This document shows, piece by piece, positions 9,703-19,848 of a DNA stretch of 64,000 nucleotides. The DNA is from Bacteroidales bacterium (GTDB lineage: Bacteria; Bacteroidota; Bacteroidia; Bacteroidales; Salinivirgaceae), in assembly GCA_012519055.1 (NCBI GenBank), contig JAAYQU010000035.1, positions 7,535 through 71,534 of the forward strand, read 5' to 3'. How positions within the stretch are numbered: the first letter of the stretch is position 1; each line of letters starts with the position of its first letter. The translations under genes and the position numbers were made by a program. The notes under the pieces are model-generated. The model had not been told where the DNA came from, ran no database searches, and worked only from the letters and a program-made list of their open reading frames with translations.

Positions 9703-12700
9703 TATATAATAAGGATATATATTTACAGCTCAATCGTGCCAAAAACTATCTTTTTAGGAACGATTTGTTTGTTGGATTTGTTAATTCAATTTTATATTTA
9801 ATTCCCGTAATTTTACTACTTTTTTTTATCGATATAGCTTTTGAGTTAAATCAATCATTAAGAGTTATTGTATTAATCTTTATTACACTTTATTTCCTCT
9901 ATATTTTATATAAAAACCTGATACATTATATTCTAAAGTACTTTAACTTTTTCAAAGGATATGATAATTATTCCATAGCTCTAAGATTAATAGCAGATTC
10001 AGAAATTCAAGATAAGGTGCTGATTTATTTAGAGTTAAAAGAGTATGATCAAGCAAATATTTTAATTAATCAGGCACTTGAGCAAAAGATATTAGAGCTT
10101 AAAGATTTAAACTTCACAAGTAGGTTAAATATTATAATCCCAAGCAAACTTTTTATAGTAATTTCTCTATTCCTTTTAGCTTTTTTTGTTACTTCGTTAT
10201 TGATTGAAACTCCTCTAAAGAAAGCGGCTTTAAGAGTTTTTTATCCTGCATACCAAATTTCTTATAAGACCTTAGATTACATACTTTTAAGTGATTCGCT
10301 CAATATAATTCAAAATCAGGATATTGAAGTTAAAGTTAAGATTAAAGGAACTTATATACCAGATCAGATTTTTCTTAGAATAGGCGACAAAGATATTTTT
10401 GCTAAAAATATTAATGATTCTATTTGGTCTTACAAGTTTGTAAAACTTAATCAATCAATACAATTCTATTTCCATGATAATTTAAATCAAAGTGAGATTT
10501 ATAGAATTAACGTAAACCCACTTCCCGTACTTAAAAATCTTTCTGTTGAGGTTTTTCCACCCTCACATACCAATATTGAGTCATATTCACTTTCTGGTTT
10601 AGGAAATTTTAGTTTCCCCGAAGGGAGTAAAATAAAATGGTTTATTGAAGCACTTAATTCACAAGACCTTATATTTAAAATTGATGATAAAGAGCTAGAT
10701 TTCAAAAAGTCCGAAAAAGGTTTTATTGTTGAAATAGTAGAGAGAAATAGTTTTAATTACTCTTTTAAATTATTCTCTGGTTATGTTTGGAATGAAGAGA
10801 GTTACGAATTTTCAACTAATTGTATAAAAGATGAATATCCAAAAATTGATTTGCAAGTAACTGAAACCGGAAACATCGTTGATCCCGTTATATTAAGTGG
10901 TTCAATCGGTGATGATTATGGCTTTACAAATTTTGAAATAGTTCATAAATATAATGATACGGTATTTATCATCCCTTTACAATACAATAAACAAAATTTA
11001 AATCAAACATTTTATTATCAACACAATATATATGAATTGTATTCTCACCTTAATACCGATAAAATAGAATATTATTTAAGAGTTACCGACAATGACGCTG
11101 TTAATAACTTTAAAAGCACAAACTCCCAATTTTTTACCTTCGATGTTCCTGATTCTAAGGAACTTGAAAACAGAATAGATAATATATCGACAGATCTAAC
11201 TGACAAACTTGCTTTAGGTTTGGAAATGCTCAGAGAATTAAATATCAGGCAGAAAGATATTGAAGCCAAATTTAAAAATGAGAAACTTAATAAGTGGGAA
11301 CAAAGTCAATTAACCCAACAATTAGAACAAAATAAATCAGATATTAATAAGCTTTTAAACGAGATAAATGCTTTAAATCAGCAAATCAAGTCCTTAAGTA
11401 AAATTAATAGCTCTGAAAACAAACTTTACGAAAAGCAATCTCAGATCAATGAATTGCTTGAAAAGTTGATGGATAATGAGTTGTCTGAATTGTTTAAAGA
11501 ACTTGAAAGGTTAAAAAGTGAATTAAAGGATAAGCAAATTTCTAAATCGACAAATAAGCTCTCAACAGAAGAATTAGAAGAGCTTATGAACAGAAACTTA
11601 GAAATTTTAAAACGATTTGAAATTGAAAAAGGACTTTCTAAGGTTGTTGATGATTTAAAAGAGCAAGCACAAAATCTTGATACTGTGAGCGATAAATCTT
11701 CAAGAGAAAATATCGAAAAAGATGTTAAGGAAACATTAGACAAGCATTCTGAGTTATTAGATAAAAATAAAAAGTTAGATGACCCATATAAATTAGAAGA
11801 TTTTGAGAAAGAGAAACAGGAGATAATCCAAAATTTAGAAAGCAATGATAATAACGAAAATCAGCGAAATCAAAACAGACGTAACTCTCAAAGAATTAGC
11901 CAATTAGCTGAAATGATAGGATCAAATCTATCAGATAATTTACAAGAACAAAATGTTGAGGATTTAAGTAATTTGAAACAAATTCGTTCAAATCTCCTGC
12001 AACTTTCGTTTATTCAAGAATTTTTAGTCGAAAACTTTAAAAACGCCAAAACAAATTCACCCGCTTTCAATACTTATAGAGTTAAACAAAAAGAGATAAT
12101 ATCCTCTTGGGAGTATATAAAAGATTCTATTAACACTTTAATTATCAGAAATCCAATGTTAGGTAATATAATGGCTGATGACCTAAGTGGAGTCGAAAAT
12201 TTTAACAATATAATTCTCTCTTCAATATTCAAAGAAAACCCCACTAATCCAACTGTCCAAGAGTATAAAGTTCTTTCGCATTATAATACTTTGCTTCTTT
12301 TTATCGATGAAGCTATTCAAAGGTCCGAAAACGATATGAATAGTTCCGGGCAACAAGGTGGCAGCTGCTCAAAACCCGGGCAAGGTAAACCAAGTCCAGG
12401 CAACACGAAAAATGCTCTGCAAGGATTAAAACAACAGTTAAAAGACTTGATGAATAAAATGAAACATGCAGGTGAGGGTTCAAATCCTTCCGAGTCTTTA
12501 AGCGAGCAGCTTGGATCTATATTGTCACAACAAGAACAGATGCAAAAAATGATAAATGAAATTATGAATCAAGGGCAATTTGGTCAAGCTGCCAAACAAT
12601 TAATGAGAGAGGTCAATCAATTAATCGATCAAAATATAGACAATATTTTAAATAAATCTATTAGTACTGAAACAATTGCACGTCAGGAACGTATAATTAC

Positions 12701-12917
12701 CCGATTACTTGAATCTGAAAAAGCAGAGCAGGAGAGAGATAAAGATGAAAAACGGCAATCAATTGAGAATTTGCACGAATTTATTACCACTCCTAAAGAG
12801 ATAGATATAGATGATATGAAAGAGGACAGCTTTAATGAATCTTTATATTTTAGACTTTTAAATTTAAATAAATATTATTTAGATTTGTACCAAAAGTATC
12901 TCAATGCTGCTAATTAA
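9681..12917 (+). CDS. large membrane-anchored coiled-coil protein (possibly DUF4175 family)
   Basis: 1078 aa. Three N-terminal TM segments, a beta-rich middle region, about 300 aa of coiled coil, a G/S/P/Q low-complexity patch and a charged C-terminus. The start overlaps the M23 gene by 22 nt. Confidence 0.6.
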   Translation: MVNNNELIYNKDIYLQLNRAKNYLFRNDLFVGFVNSILYLIPVILLLFFIDIAFELNQSLRVIVLIFITLYFLYILYKNLIHYILKYFNFFKGYDNYSIALRLIADSEIQDKVLIYLELKEYDQANILINQALEQKILELKDLNFTSRLNIIIPSKLFIVISLFLLAFFVTSLLIETPLKKAALRVFYPAYQISYKTLDYILLSDSLNIIQNQDIEVKVKIKGTYIPDQIFLRIGDKDIFAKNINDSIWSYKFVKLNQSIQFYFHDNLNQSEIYRINVNPLPVLKNLSVEVFPPSHTNIESYSLSGLGNFSFPEGSKIKWFIEALNSQDLIFKIDDKELDFKKSEKGFIVEIVERNSFNYSFKLFSGYVWNEESYEFSTNCIKDEYPKIDLQVTETGNIVDPVILSGSIGDDYGFTNFEIVHKYNDTVFIIPLQYNKQNLNQTFYYQHNIYELYSHLNTDKIEYYLRVTDNDAVNNFKSTNSQFFTFDVPDSKELENRIDNISTDLTDKLALGLEMLRELNIRQKDIEAKFKNEKLNKWEQSQLTQQLEQNKSDINKLLNEINALNQQIKSLSKINSSENKLYEKQSQINELLEKLMDNELSELFKELERLKSELKDKQISKSTNKLSTEELEELMNRNLEILKRFEIEKGLSKVVDDLKEQAQNLDTVSDKSSRENIEKDVKETLDKHSELLDKNKKLDDPYKLEDFEKEKQEIIQNLESNDNNENQRNQNRRNSQRISQLAEMIGSNLSDNLQEQNVEDLSNLKQIRSNLLQLSFIQEFLVENFKNAKTNSPAFNTYRVKQKEIISSWEYIKDSINTLIIRNPMLGNIMADDLSGVENFNNIILSSIFKENPTNPTVQEYKVLSHYNTLLLFIDEAIQRSENDMNSSGQQGGSCSKPGQGKPSPGNTKNALQGLKQQLKDLMNKMKHAGEGSNPSESLSEQLGSILSQQEQMQKMINEIMNQGQFGQAAKQLMREVNQLIDQNIDNILNKSISTETIARQERIITRLLESEKAEQERDKDEKRQSIENLHEFITTPKEIDIDDMKEDSFNESLYFRLLNLNKYYLDLYQKYLNAAN

Positions 12918-13049
12918 TAGCTAATCTTTGTGTGCTTGGTTTGTAAGTCAATATAATATGAAATATATATGTTAATTTTAATGTTATCTATTTATAGCTA
13001 CAATCAAGCATGCAAGTCTGTGATCCGATACTAATTAAATTATAATATT

Positions 13050-13484
13050 ATGGCAACTAAAAAAGTAGTCAAAGAGATAATCATTAATAGCGAGATAAAA
13101 AATATAGCTATTGTTGAAAAGCTTGTTGAGGATATTTGTGCAGAAGTTAATGCTTGTTCAGATATTTACGGAAATGTATTGGTTACTGTTTTAGAAGCCG
13201 TTACAAATTGCATAATTCATGGTAATAAAAGAGATTCTTCAAAATTTGTTACAATTAAGATGAGCTACGATATTAGTGAAATTCTTTTCGAAATTTCAGA
13301 TGAAGGTGAAGGATTCGACCCAAATCTTATACCCGATCCAACTAGAGAAGAAAACCTTGAAAACCCACATGGTAGAGGAGTTTTTTTAATGAAAAAACTT
13401 ACTGATGACTTTTCATATTCGTCTGAAAGCAGAACATTTAATTTAAAATTTTATCCTCTTAAATCTCGAGAACGCGTACAATGA
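13050..13484 (+). CDS. RsbW/SpoIIAB-like ATP-binding protein (HATPase_c_2, anti-sigma-type serine kinase fold)
   Basis: 144 aa with an N-box-like EAVTNCIIHGN and G-box-like DEGEGFD...GRGVFLM motifs. Confidence 0.7.
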   Translation: MATKKVVKEIIINSEIKNIAIVEKLVEDICAEVNACSDIYGNVLVTVLEAVTNCIIHGNKRDSSKFVTIKMSYDISEILFEISDEGEGFDPNLIPDPTREENLENPHGRGVFLMKKLTDDFSYSSESRTFNLKFYPLKSRERVQ

Positions 13485-13897
13485 TATTTTATCATATCGA
13501 CAACACAAAATTTAAATTCCCTTACGGCTTTAAAAAACGTTGCTCTGATTGGATAAACAAGACAGTAATAAAGGAGAACAGCCAATTAGGAACTATAAAT
13601 ATTATTGTAACATCTGATGAATTGTTACTTGAGAAAAATATTGAATATCTCAATCACAATTTTTACACGGATATAATTACTTTCGACTACTCGTCAAAAG
13701 ACAAAATATTTGGCGATTTGTTTATTAGCTATGATAGAGTAGTTGAGAATGCTAAACAATACGAGAACTTTACAATTGATGAGTTAAAAAGAGTTATTAT
13801 ACACGGTATTTTACATCTACTTGGTTATAAAGATCAAACACCACCAGAGAAGGCAATAATGACCCAAAAAGAAAACTTTTATTTGAAACTATTTTGA
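13481..13897 (+). CDS. ybeY: rRNA maturation endoribonuclease YbeY
   Basis: 138 aa with the HGILHLLGYKD zinc-binding motif. An ATGA overlap joins it to the upstream gene. Confidence 0.92.
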   Translation: MIFYHIDNTKFKFPYGFKKRCSDWINKTVIKENSQLGTINIIVTSDELLLEKNIEYLNHNFYTDIITFDYSSKDKIFGDLFISYDRVVENAKQYENFTIDELKRVIIHGILHLLGYKDQTPPEKAIMTQKENFYLKLF

Positions 13898-15750
13898 TGC
13901 TCAATACCTACGATATTATAATTGTTGGAGCCGGACATGCCGGATGCGAAGCTGCTGTAACTTCTGCAAACATGGGTTGTAAAACCCTTCTAATCACAAT
14001 GGATTTAGAAAAGATAGCATCAATGTCCTGTAATCCTGCTATTGGTGGTATAGCTAAAGGGCAAATCGTCCGAGAAATTGATGCCTTAGGCGGATTTATG
14101 GGTATTATTGCAGATAAGACAGCTGTTCAGTTTCGAATGCTTAATAAAAGTAAAGGTCCTGCAGTTTGGTCTAATCGTGTTCAATCAGATAAAAGATTAT
14201 ACTCCTGGGAATGGAGACGATTGCTTGAAAACACGCATAATTTAGATCTCTTTCAAGATAATGTTACCAGACTTCTTTTTAATGGTAATATCGTAACAGG
14301 AGTGATTACAGAAATCGGTGTTTCTTTTTATTCAAAAGCAGTTATTTTAACAAATGGAACATTCTTAAATGGTTTAATACATATTGGCGATAAAAAAATC
14401 GTTGGCGGAAGACTGGGCGAGAGAAGTAATACAACTATTACGGAACAATTAAAAGAGATTTTCCCAAATATACGAACTCTTAAGACAGGAACCCCTGTGC
14501 GAATTGACGCGCGCTCCGTCGATTTTACACAATTAGAGGAGCAAAAAGGAGACGCTGACCCCCAACTATTCAGCTATCTGCCTCATATGACTCCTCCAAC
14601 ACAACAACTTAGCTGTTGGATTGGATATACAAACGAAAATGTTCACGAAATTTTAAAAACCGGATTTGATAAATCACCCTTGTTTACCGGAGATATTAAA
14701 GGAATAGGACCCCGATATTGTCCTAGTATCGAGGATAAAATCGTAACCTTTTCAGAAAAAAAATCTCACCAACTTTTCTTTGAACCCGAAGGTTGGCAAA
14801 CAAATGAATACTATTTAAACGGATTTAGTAGCTCTTTGCCTTGGGAGGTTCAAGTAAAAGCTTTGCACATAATACCTGGTTTTGAAAAGGCTAAGATTTA
14901 CAGACCTGGCTATGCAATCGAATATGATTTTTTTGATCCATTAGACCTAAAACCAACATTAGAAACTAAGCAGATTGAAAATCTCTATTTTGCAGGTCAA
15001 ATTAATGGGACAACCGGCTACGAAGAGGCCGCAGCACAAGGTTTAATGGCAGCTATTAATGCAGTTTTAAAAATTAATGACAAAGAGGAGTTTGTTCTCG
15101 GTAGAGATCAGGCATATATTGGCGTCCTTATAGATGATTTAATTACGAAAGGAGTCAACGACCCATACAGAATGTTCACAAGTCGTGCAGAATTTCGCAT
15201 ATTGCTCCGCTCAGACAATGCAGATGAAAGATTAACACATATTGGACATAAACTGGGCTTAGCTTCAAATAAGAGGTTGGAAATTACAGAGAGAAAATAT
15301 GAGCGTATAAACAGCTTTCTTGAATATGCTAATAACAATAGCTTTAGTCCTACAGATGTGAAAGATATATTAGAAGCTTATGGATCATCTCCACTTCAAC
15401 AAAAGACTAAAATTTCTAAAGTAATCGTCAGACCGGAATTAAAAGCAACTTATTTCAAAAATCTCTACACTCATGAAGAAACCCTTTCTGCATCAGAATT
15501 TGAAGTTATAGATATAAAATTAAAATACGAGGGATACATCGAAAAGGAGAGAGCTAATGCTGAAAAGATTAAAAAGTTCAATCACTTTAAAATTCCAGAT
15601 AATTTTGATTACGATAAGTTATTAAGTATAAGTATCGAGGGGAGACAAAAGTTAAAGAAGTTTAAACCCAAAACTATCAGCGAAGCATTAAGTATTAGTG
15701 GAGTAAACCCAAACGATATTATTGTTATTCTGACACTTTTGGGCAGATAG
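13897..15750 (+). CDS. mnmG: tRNA uridine 5-carboxymethylaminomethyl modification enzyme MnmG (GidA)
   Basis: About 617 aa with the IIVGAGHAGCEAA FAD motif and full-length similarity in layout to GidA. The ATG at 13897 overlaps the ybeY TGA; the TTG at 13894 is an alternative start. Confidence 0.95.
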   Translation: MLNTYDIIIVGAGHAGCEAAVTSANMGCKTLLITMDLEKIASMSCNPAIGGIAKGQIVREIDALGGFMGIIADKTAVQFRMLNKSKGPAVWSNRVQSDKRLYSWEWRRLLENTHNLDLFQDNVTRLLFNGNIVTGVITEIGVSFYSKAVILTNGTFLNGLIHIGDKKIVGGRLGERSNTTITEQLKEIFPNIRTLKTGTPVRIDARSVDFTQLEEQKGDADPQLFSYLPHMTPPTQQLSCWIGYTNENVHEILKTGFDKSPLFTGDIKGIGPRYCPSIEDKIVTFSEKKSHQLFFEPEGWQTNEYYLNGFSSSLPWEVQVKALHIIPGFEKAKIYRPGYAIEYDFFDPLDLKPTLETKQIENLYFAGQINGTTGYEEAAAQGLMAAINAVLKINDKEEFVLGRDQAYIGVLIDDLITKGVNDPYRMFTSRAEFRILLRSDNADERLTHIGHKLGLASNKRLEITERKYERINSFLEYANNNSFSPTDVKDILEAYGSSPLQQKTKISKVIVRPELKATYFKNLYTHEETLSASEFEVIDIKLKYEGYIEKERANAEKIKKFNHFKIPDNFDYDKLLSISIEGRQKLKKFKPKTISEALSISGVNPNDIIVILTLLGR

Positions 15751-15766
15751 TTAAAGTATTATATAA

Positions 15767-15784
15767 ATGCTCCACGTGGAGCAT
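15767..15784. promoter_or_regulatory. perfect 18-bp palindrome ATGCTCCACGTGGAGCAT (terminator hairpin or operator)
   Basis: Read directly from the sequence. It lies 17 nt after the mnmG stop. Confidence 0.5.
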
Positions 15785-15808
15785 GAAAATATTAATTAAA
15801 CACAAATT

Positions 15809-15826
15809 ATGCTTCACGTGGAGCGT
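15809..15826. promoter_or_regulatory. second, imperfect copy of the CACGTG-centred palindrome (ATGCTTCACGTGGAGCGT)
   Basis: Read directly from the sequence. It lies 14 nt upstream of the adenine deaminase ATG and starts 42 nt after the start of copy 1. Confidence 0.45.
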
Positions 15827-15839
15827 AAAAACTTGAATT

Positions 15840-17462
15840 ATGGTAATTAGTGGAACAATTGTAGACGTGCTAAGGCGTCAAACATTTAAAGGAAGACTAT
15901 ATATAACTAACGGTAAAATATCTGATATTCAACCAACAGAGACTGCAAATCCCGTCTATATTTTGCCCGGAATGATTGATTCTCATATCCATATCGAAAG
16001 TACAATGGTTACACCAGCACGATTTGCACAGAATGCTGTGAAATTTGGTGTGGTTTCTGCAGTTTCCGATCCACATGAAATAGCAAATGTATGCGGGGTT
16101 GATGGAATAAAATATATGATTGAAAATGCCGAAACTGTGCCATTCAAATTTTGGTTTGGAGTTCCCTCTTGTGTGCCCGCAACTCCTTTCGAACAAAGCG
16201 GTGCAGAAATTAATGCTCAGCAAATAGGAGAGCTGTTTGATAATTTTGGCTTAAAATATTTAGCTGAAATGATGAACTATCCCGGTGTCGTAAATCAAAA
16301 TCACGATGTTATGGATAGACTTAAAGAAGCCATTGATAGAAATTTGCCCATTGACGGTCATGCCCCGGGTTTAGCAGGAGAACCTTTGGTGCAATATATA
16401 AACTCTGGAATCGATACCGACCACGAATGCACAACGTTAGCAGAAGCAGAAGAAAAAATTAAGTGCGGAATGAAAATCTTAATTAGGGAGGGCTCAGCTG
16501 AAAAAAACTTTGAAGAGCTTTATCCATTAATTGATATGTTCCCCGATCAAGTTATGTTATGCAGCGATGACCTTCACCCCGACAACTTTTCAAAAAACTA
16601 TCTAGACAGATTAATTCGTGTAGGACAAAACAAGGGACTTGACTTTTGGAATCTTATGCAAGCTGTAACAATTAATCCCGTTGCACACTATAAGCTTGAT
16701 GTAGGATTGTTGCAAAAAGGCGATAATGCTGACTTTATTTTAGTTGACAATTTGCAAAGCTTTAGAGTATTACAAACTTGGATTAACGGTAATTTAGTTT
16801 TCGACGGGGCAAGCTCTTTCGAATATGAAGGATCTAACGAAACAATTAACAACTTTAAAGCACAATCTATTTCACCTGACTCTTTAACTATAAAGGCAGA
16901 AGAAGGTATGCTTAACGTTATTCGCGCATTCGATGGAAAATTACTTACCGATCATTTACAACTCCCTGCAAAAATCGAAGACGACTGTTGTGTACCTGAT
17001 ATTGATAATGATATCCTAAAACTAGTTGTTTTAAATCGATACGAAGAGAACGCAACCCCACAAATTTCCTTTATTAACGGATTTGGTCTAAAGAAAGGAG
17101 CTTTTGCTAGTAGTGTTGCTCACGATAGTCACAATATAATAGCTGTCGGAACAGATGATAGAGATATTGCAACCGCAATTAATTCAATTATAGAAAGTAA
17201 GGGTGGGTTATCTGTAGTATCTGATAAAGGAGTAGAACTGTTGCAACTCCCAATAGCAGGACTACTCTCTGACGAACCTCTTGAAATAATATCGCAAAAA
17301 TATCAGGAGCTTAACAAAATAGTTAAAGCCAACGGCTCAAAACTAGCAGCACCATTTATGACACTCGCATTTATGAGTCTGTTAGTTATCCCAAGGTTAA
17401 AGCTTGGAGACAAAGGTCTTTTTGATGTAACAAAATTGAAGTTTATTGATAACTTCGGTTAG
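15840..17462 (+). CDS. ade: adenine deaminase
   Basis: 540 aa with the PGMIDSHIHIESTM amidohydrolase metal motif. Length and C-terminal domain layout fit Ade. Confidence 0.85.
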   Translation: MVISGTIVDVLRRQTFKGRLYITNGKISDIQPTETANPVYILPGMIDSHIHIESTMVTPARFAQNAVKFGVVSAVSDPHEIANVCGVDGIKYMIENAETVPFKFWFGVPSCVPATPFEQSGAEINAQQIGELFDNFGLKYLAEMMNYPGVVNQNHDVMDRLKEAIDRNLPIDGHAPGLAGEPLVQYINSGIDTDHECTTLAEAEEKIKCGMKILIREGSAEKNFEELYPLIDMFPDQVMLCSDDLHPDNFSKNYLDRLIRVGQNKGLDFWNLMQAVTINPVAHYKLDVGLLQKGDNADFILVDNLQSFRVLQTWINGNLVFDGASSFEYEGSNETINNFKAQSISPDSLTIKAEEGMLNVIRAFDGKLLTDHLQLPAKIEDDCCVPDIDNDILKLVVLNRYEENATPQISFINGFGLKKGAFASSVAHDSHNIIAVGTDDRDIATAINSIIESKGGLSVVSDKGVELLQLPIAGLLSDEPLEIISQKYQELNKIVKANGSKLAAPFMTLAFMSLLVIPRLKLGDKGLFDVTKLKFIDNFG

Positions 17463-17547
17463 AACACAGTTAATATAGATGAGATGGATTTATACTAATT
17501 TTTTATTTTATTTGTGTAAGTCTGTTTAATCTGTGTGCTACGTGTTC
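17462..17547. repeat. long imperfect palindrome built from two inverted GAACAC..GATTAAAC..CACAGAT-type units
   Basis: The left arm (17462-17495) is degenerate. The right arm (17510-17547) reverse-complements to gaacacgtagcacacagattaaacagacttacacaaat. It begins at the last base of the ade stop codon. Confidence 0.6.
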
Positions 17548-17611
17548 TAATAGATTGTTGAAAAAATAGCTTTCAACTTTATAAATTTTAATAATAACTA
17601 TTAATTTTGCA

Positions 17612-17619
17612 CCACGAAA
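17612..17619 (+). promoter_or_regulatory. candidate Bacteroidota -7 box TAATTTTG (TAnnTTTG)
   Basis: This is the only TAnnTTTG match I found between ade and typA. It would give a leader of about 220 nt. Confidence 0.3.
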
Positions 17620-17847
17620 TTTTAAGCTGAACTTGTGATTATAAAACACTACCAAAATACTATAAGTACTATGCTACAATCAGCTTATTATCTTCAAAAA
17701 CAAAGAACGTTACGCCAAAATGCAGAAAACCCATAATGCAGAATACGCAAATCGGCGACAAAAGCATTATGAGTCTTCAAAAGTTCAAATGTACAGCTTA
17801 ATTTTTTAATATCCAAACATAAACTAAAAGGTAAACAAAATAGATAT

Positions 17848-19653
17848 ATGTCTTTAAATATTAGAAATATTGCCATAATTGCACATGTCGATCATGGTAA
17901 AACAACACTTGTTGATAAAATCATGCGGCAGTGCAAACTCTTTAAAGATCACGAAGTTCCGGGAGAACTTTTGTTAGACAATAACGATCTGGAGCGGGAA
18001 AGAGGCATAACCATATTTTCAAAAAATATAGCTGTTAAATATAAAAACACAAAAATTAATATCATCGACACCCCTGGTCACCACGATTTTGGTGGAGAGG
18101 TCGAGAGGGTTTTAAATATGACAGATGGCGTCCTCCTGCTAGTTGACGCTTTCGAGGGTTGTATGCCACAAACTCGCTTTGTACTACAAAAGGCAATCGA
18201 CTTAAACCTAAAAATTATCGTTGTAATTAACAAGGTCGATAAGCCCAATTGCCGACCAGATATAGTTTACGAAGAGGTTTTTGATTTGATGTTCTCGCTC
18301 AACGCAACCGAAGAGCAGTTGAATTTTCCAATCGTTTATGGTTCAGCTAAAGAAGGCTGGATGTCAACCGATTGGAAAAAACGAGGAGATGACTTTACCC
18401 CATTGCTTGATAAAATAATAGAATACATTCCCGAACCCCGCGTTGAAGCAGGTGCAGCGCAAATGTTAATTACCTCTCTCGATTTTTCAAACTATGTCGG
18501 ACGGATAGCAGTAGGAAGAGTAAAACGTGGAGCATTTAAAGAGGGAATGAGGGTGGCGTTAATCAAACGAGACAATTCCGTTAAAATGTCAAATATTAAA
18601 GAGTTATACGCTTTCGATGGACTTGGTAAACGTAAAGTAGAAGTCATGGAAGCAGGAGATATATGCGCTATTGTTGGAATAGAAGGTTTTGACATTGGCG
18701 ACACACTCTGCGACTCAAACAAAATAGAGGCACTACCTACAATTGAAGTTGATGAGCCCACAATTAGCATGATTTTCGCTGTGAATGACTCCCCTTTTTT
18801 TGGCAAAGAGGGTAAGTATGTAACATCAAGGCAGATAAAAGAACGACTTGAAAAAGAACTTGAGAAAAACTTAGCTATGCGCTTGGAATACACTGACTCA
18901 GCCGATAAGTTTCTTGTTTATGGTAGAGGAGTTCTTCACTTAAGTGTTTTAATTGAAACCATGAGACGCGAAGGCTATGAGCTACTTGTAGGGCAGCCAA
19001 AAGTAATTATTAAAACTATCGATGGAGTTAAGCACGAGCCATTTGAGAACTTGAAAATAAACTCAGCCGAAGAATACAGTGGTAGGATAATTGAAACAGT
19101 TGCTCAAAGAAAGGGTGAAATGCTTTCAATGGAGAGGTCAGGAGATAGAATTAACCTCGAATTTGAAATACCTTCAAGAGGCATTATTGGATTAAACAGT
19201 CTGATACTTACGCAAACTGCAGGAGAAGCAATTATGGCTCACCGTTTTGTAGGTTTCAAACCTTGGAAAGGCGATATTGAAAGTCGTATAAACGGCTCAC
19301 TGATAGCTATGGAAGATGGAAAGGCTATAGCTTATGCTATTGACAAATTACAAGACAGGGGAATCTTTTTTATTGAGCCAGGTGATGATATATACGAGGG
19401 TCAGGTTGTTGGCGAGAGCACACGTCAAGATGATTTAGTTTTGAACGTCACAAAGACTAAAAAGCTCACAAATATGCGTGCAAGTGGTTCTGACGATAAA
19501 GTACAAATAGCCCCAGCAGTTAAATTTAGTTTAGAGGAAGCATTGGAGTATATTCAGCGCGATGAATACGTTGAACTAACCCCAAAATCAATAAGAATAC
19601 GTAAAATATTCCTTAAGGAGACAGACAGAAAACGGAAATCAATCAGCGATTAA
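17848..19653 (+). CDS. typA: translational GTPase TypA/BipA
   Basis: 601 aa with [17 protein letters not shown] and NKVD GTPase motifs and a BipA-like C-terminus. Confidence 0.95.
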   Translation: MSLNIRNIAIIAHVDHGKTTLVDKIMRQCKLFKDHEVPGELLLDNNDLERERGITIFSKNIAVKYKNTKINIIDTPGHHDFGGEVERVLNMTDGVLLLVDAFEGCMPQTRFVLQKAIDLNLKIIVVINKVDKPNCRPDIVYEEVFDLMFSLNATEEQLNFPIVYGSAKEGWMSTDWKKRGDDFTPLLDKIIEYIPEPRVEAGAAQMLITSLDFSNYVGRIAVGRVKRGAFKEGMRVALIKRDNSVKMSNIKELYAFDGLGKRKVEVMEAGDICAIVGIEGFDIGDTLCDSNKIEALPTIEVDEPTISMIFAVNDSPFFGKEGKYVTSRQIKERLEKELEKNLAMRLEYTDSADKFLVYGRGVLHLSVLIETMRREGYELLVGQPKVIIKTIDGVKHEPFENLKINSAEEYSGRIIETVAQRKGEMLSMERSGDRINLEFEIPSRGIIGLNSLILTQTAGEAIMAHRFVGFKPWKGDIESRINGSLIAMEDGKAIAYAIDKLQDRGIFFIEPGDDIYEGQVVGESTRQDDLVLNVTKTKKLTNMRASGSDDKVQIAPAVKFSLEEALEYIQRDEYVELTPKSIRIRKIFLKETDRKRKSISD

Positions 19654-19680
19654 GTTAAAAGTTTGCAAAGTTGAAAGTTG
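19652..19680 (+). repeat. GTTAAAAGTT/GAAAGTT word repeat
   Basis: aagttaaaagtttgcaaagttgaaagttg. Near-identical strings occur at 26637-26669, with reverse-complement versions at 28411-28440 and 29672-29697. Confidence 0.6.
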
Positions 19681-19707
19681 TAGAGACGGAGCATGCCCCG
19701 TCTCTTT
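19680..19707. terminator. GAGACGG..CCGTCTC palindromic hairpin element (probable bidirectional terminator)
   Basis: gtagagacggagcatgccccgtctct, with stem AGAGACGG/CCGTCTCT. It lies between the convergent typA and tRNA genes. Confidence 0.6.
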
Positions 19708-19737
19708 ATGTTTAATGCCTTTCAAGGCATTGAAAAT

Positions 19738-19807
19738 CAATTAACAATTATCAGACAACAATGGTCAATAATTAATTGTTCATTGTTAATTGCACATTGC
19801 TAATTGC
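19738..19807. repeat. AATTAGCAATG/AACAATTAAC word repeat (inverted arrangement)
   Basis: caattaacaatta...taattgttcattgttaattgcacattgctaattg. The reverse complement of the right part is gcaattagcaatgtgcaattaacaatgaacaatt. Confidence 0.6.
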
Positions 19808-19814
19808 AAAAAGT

Positions 19815-19847
19815 AAAAAGCCACCTGAAAGATGGCTTTTTCTTTTT
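19815..19847. terminator. A/T-flanked hairpin, bidirectional terminator candidate next to the tRNA
   Basis: AAAAAGCCA / TGGCTTTTT 9-bp stem with a 9-nt loop and a T-run on both strands. Confidence 0.4.
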
Positions 19848-19848
19848 G

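Noticed and set aside
17694-17876. 60-aa minus-strand ORF spanning the typA start region.
   Set aside because: It overlaps the typA start codon, has no recognisable features, and lies in AT-rich leader sequence.
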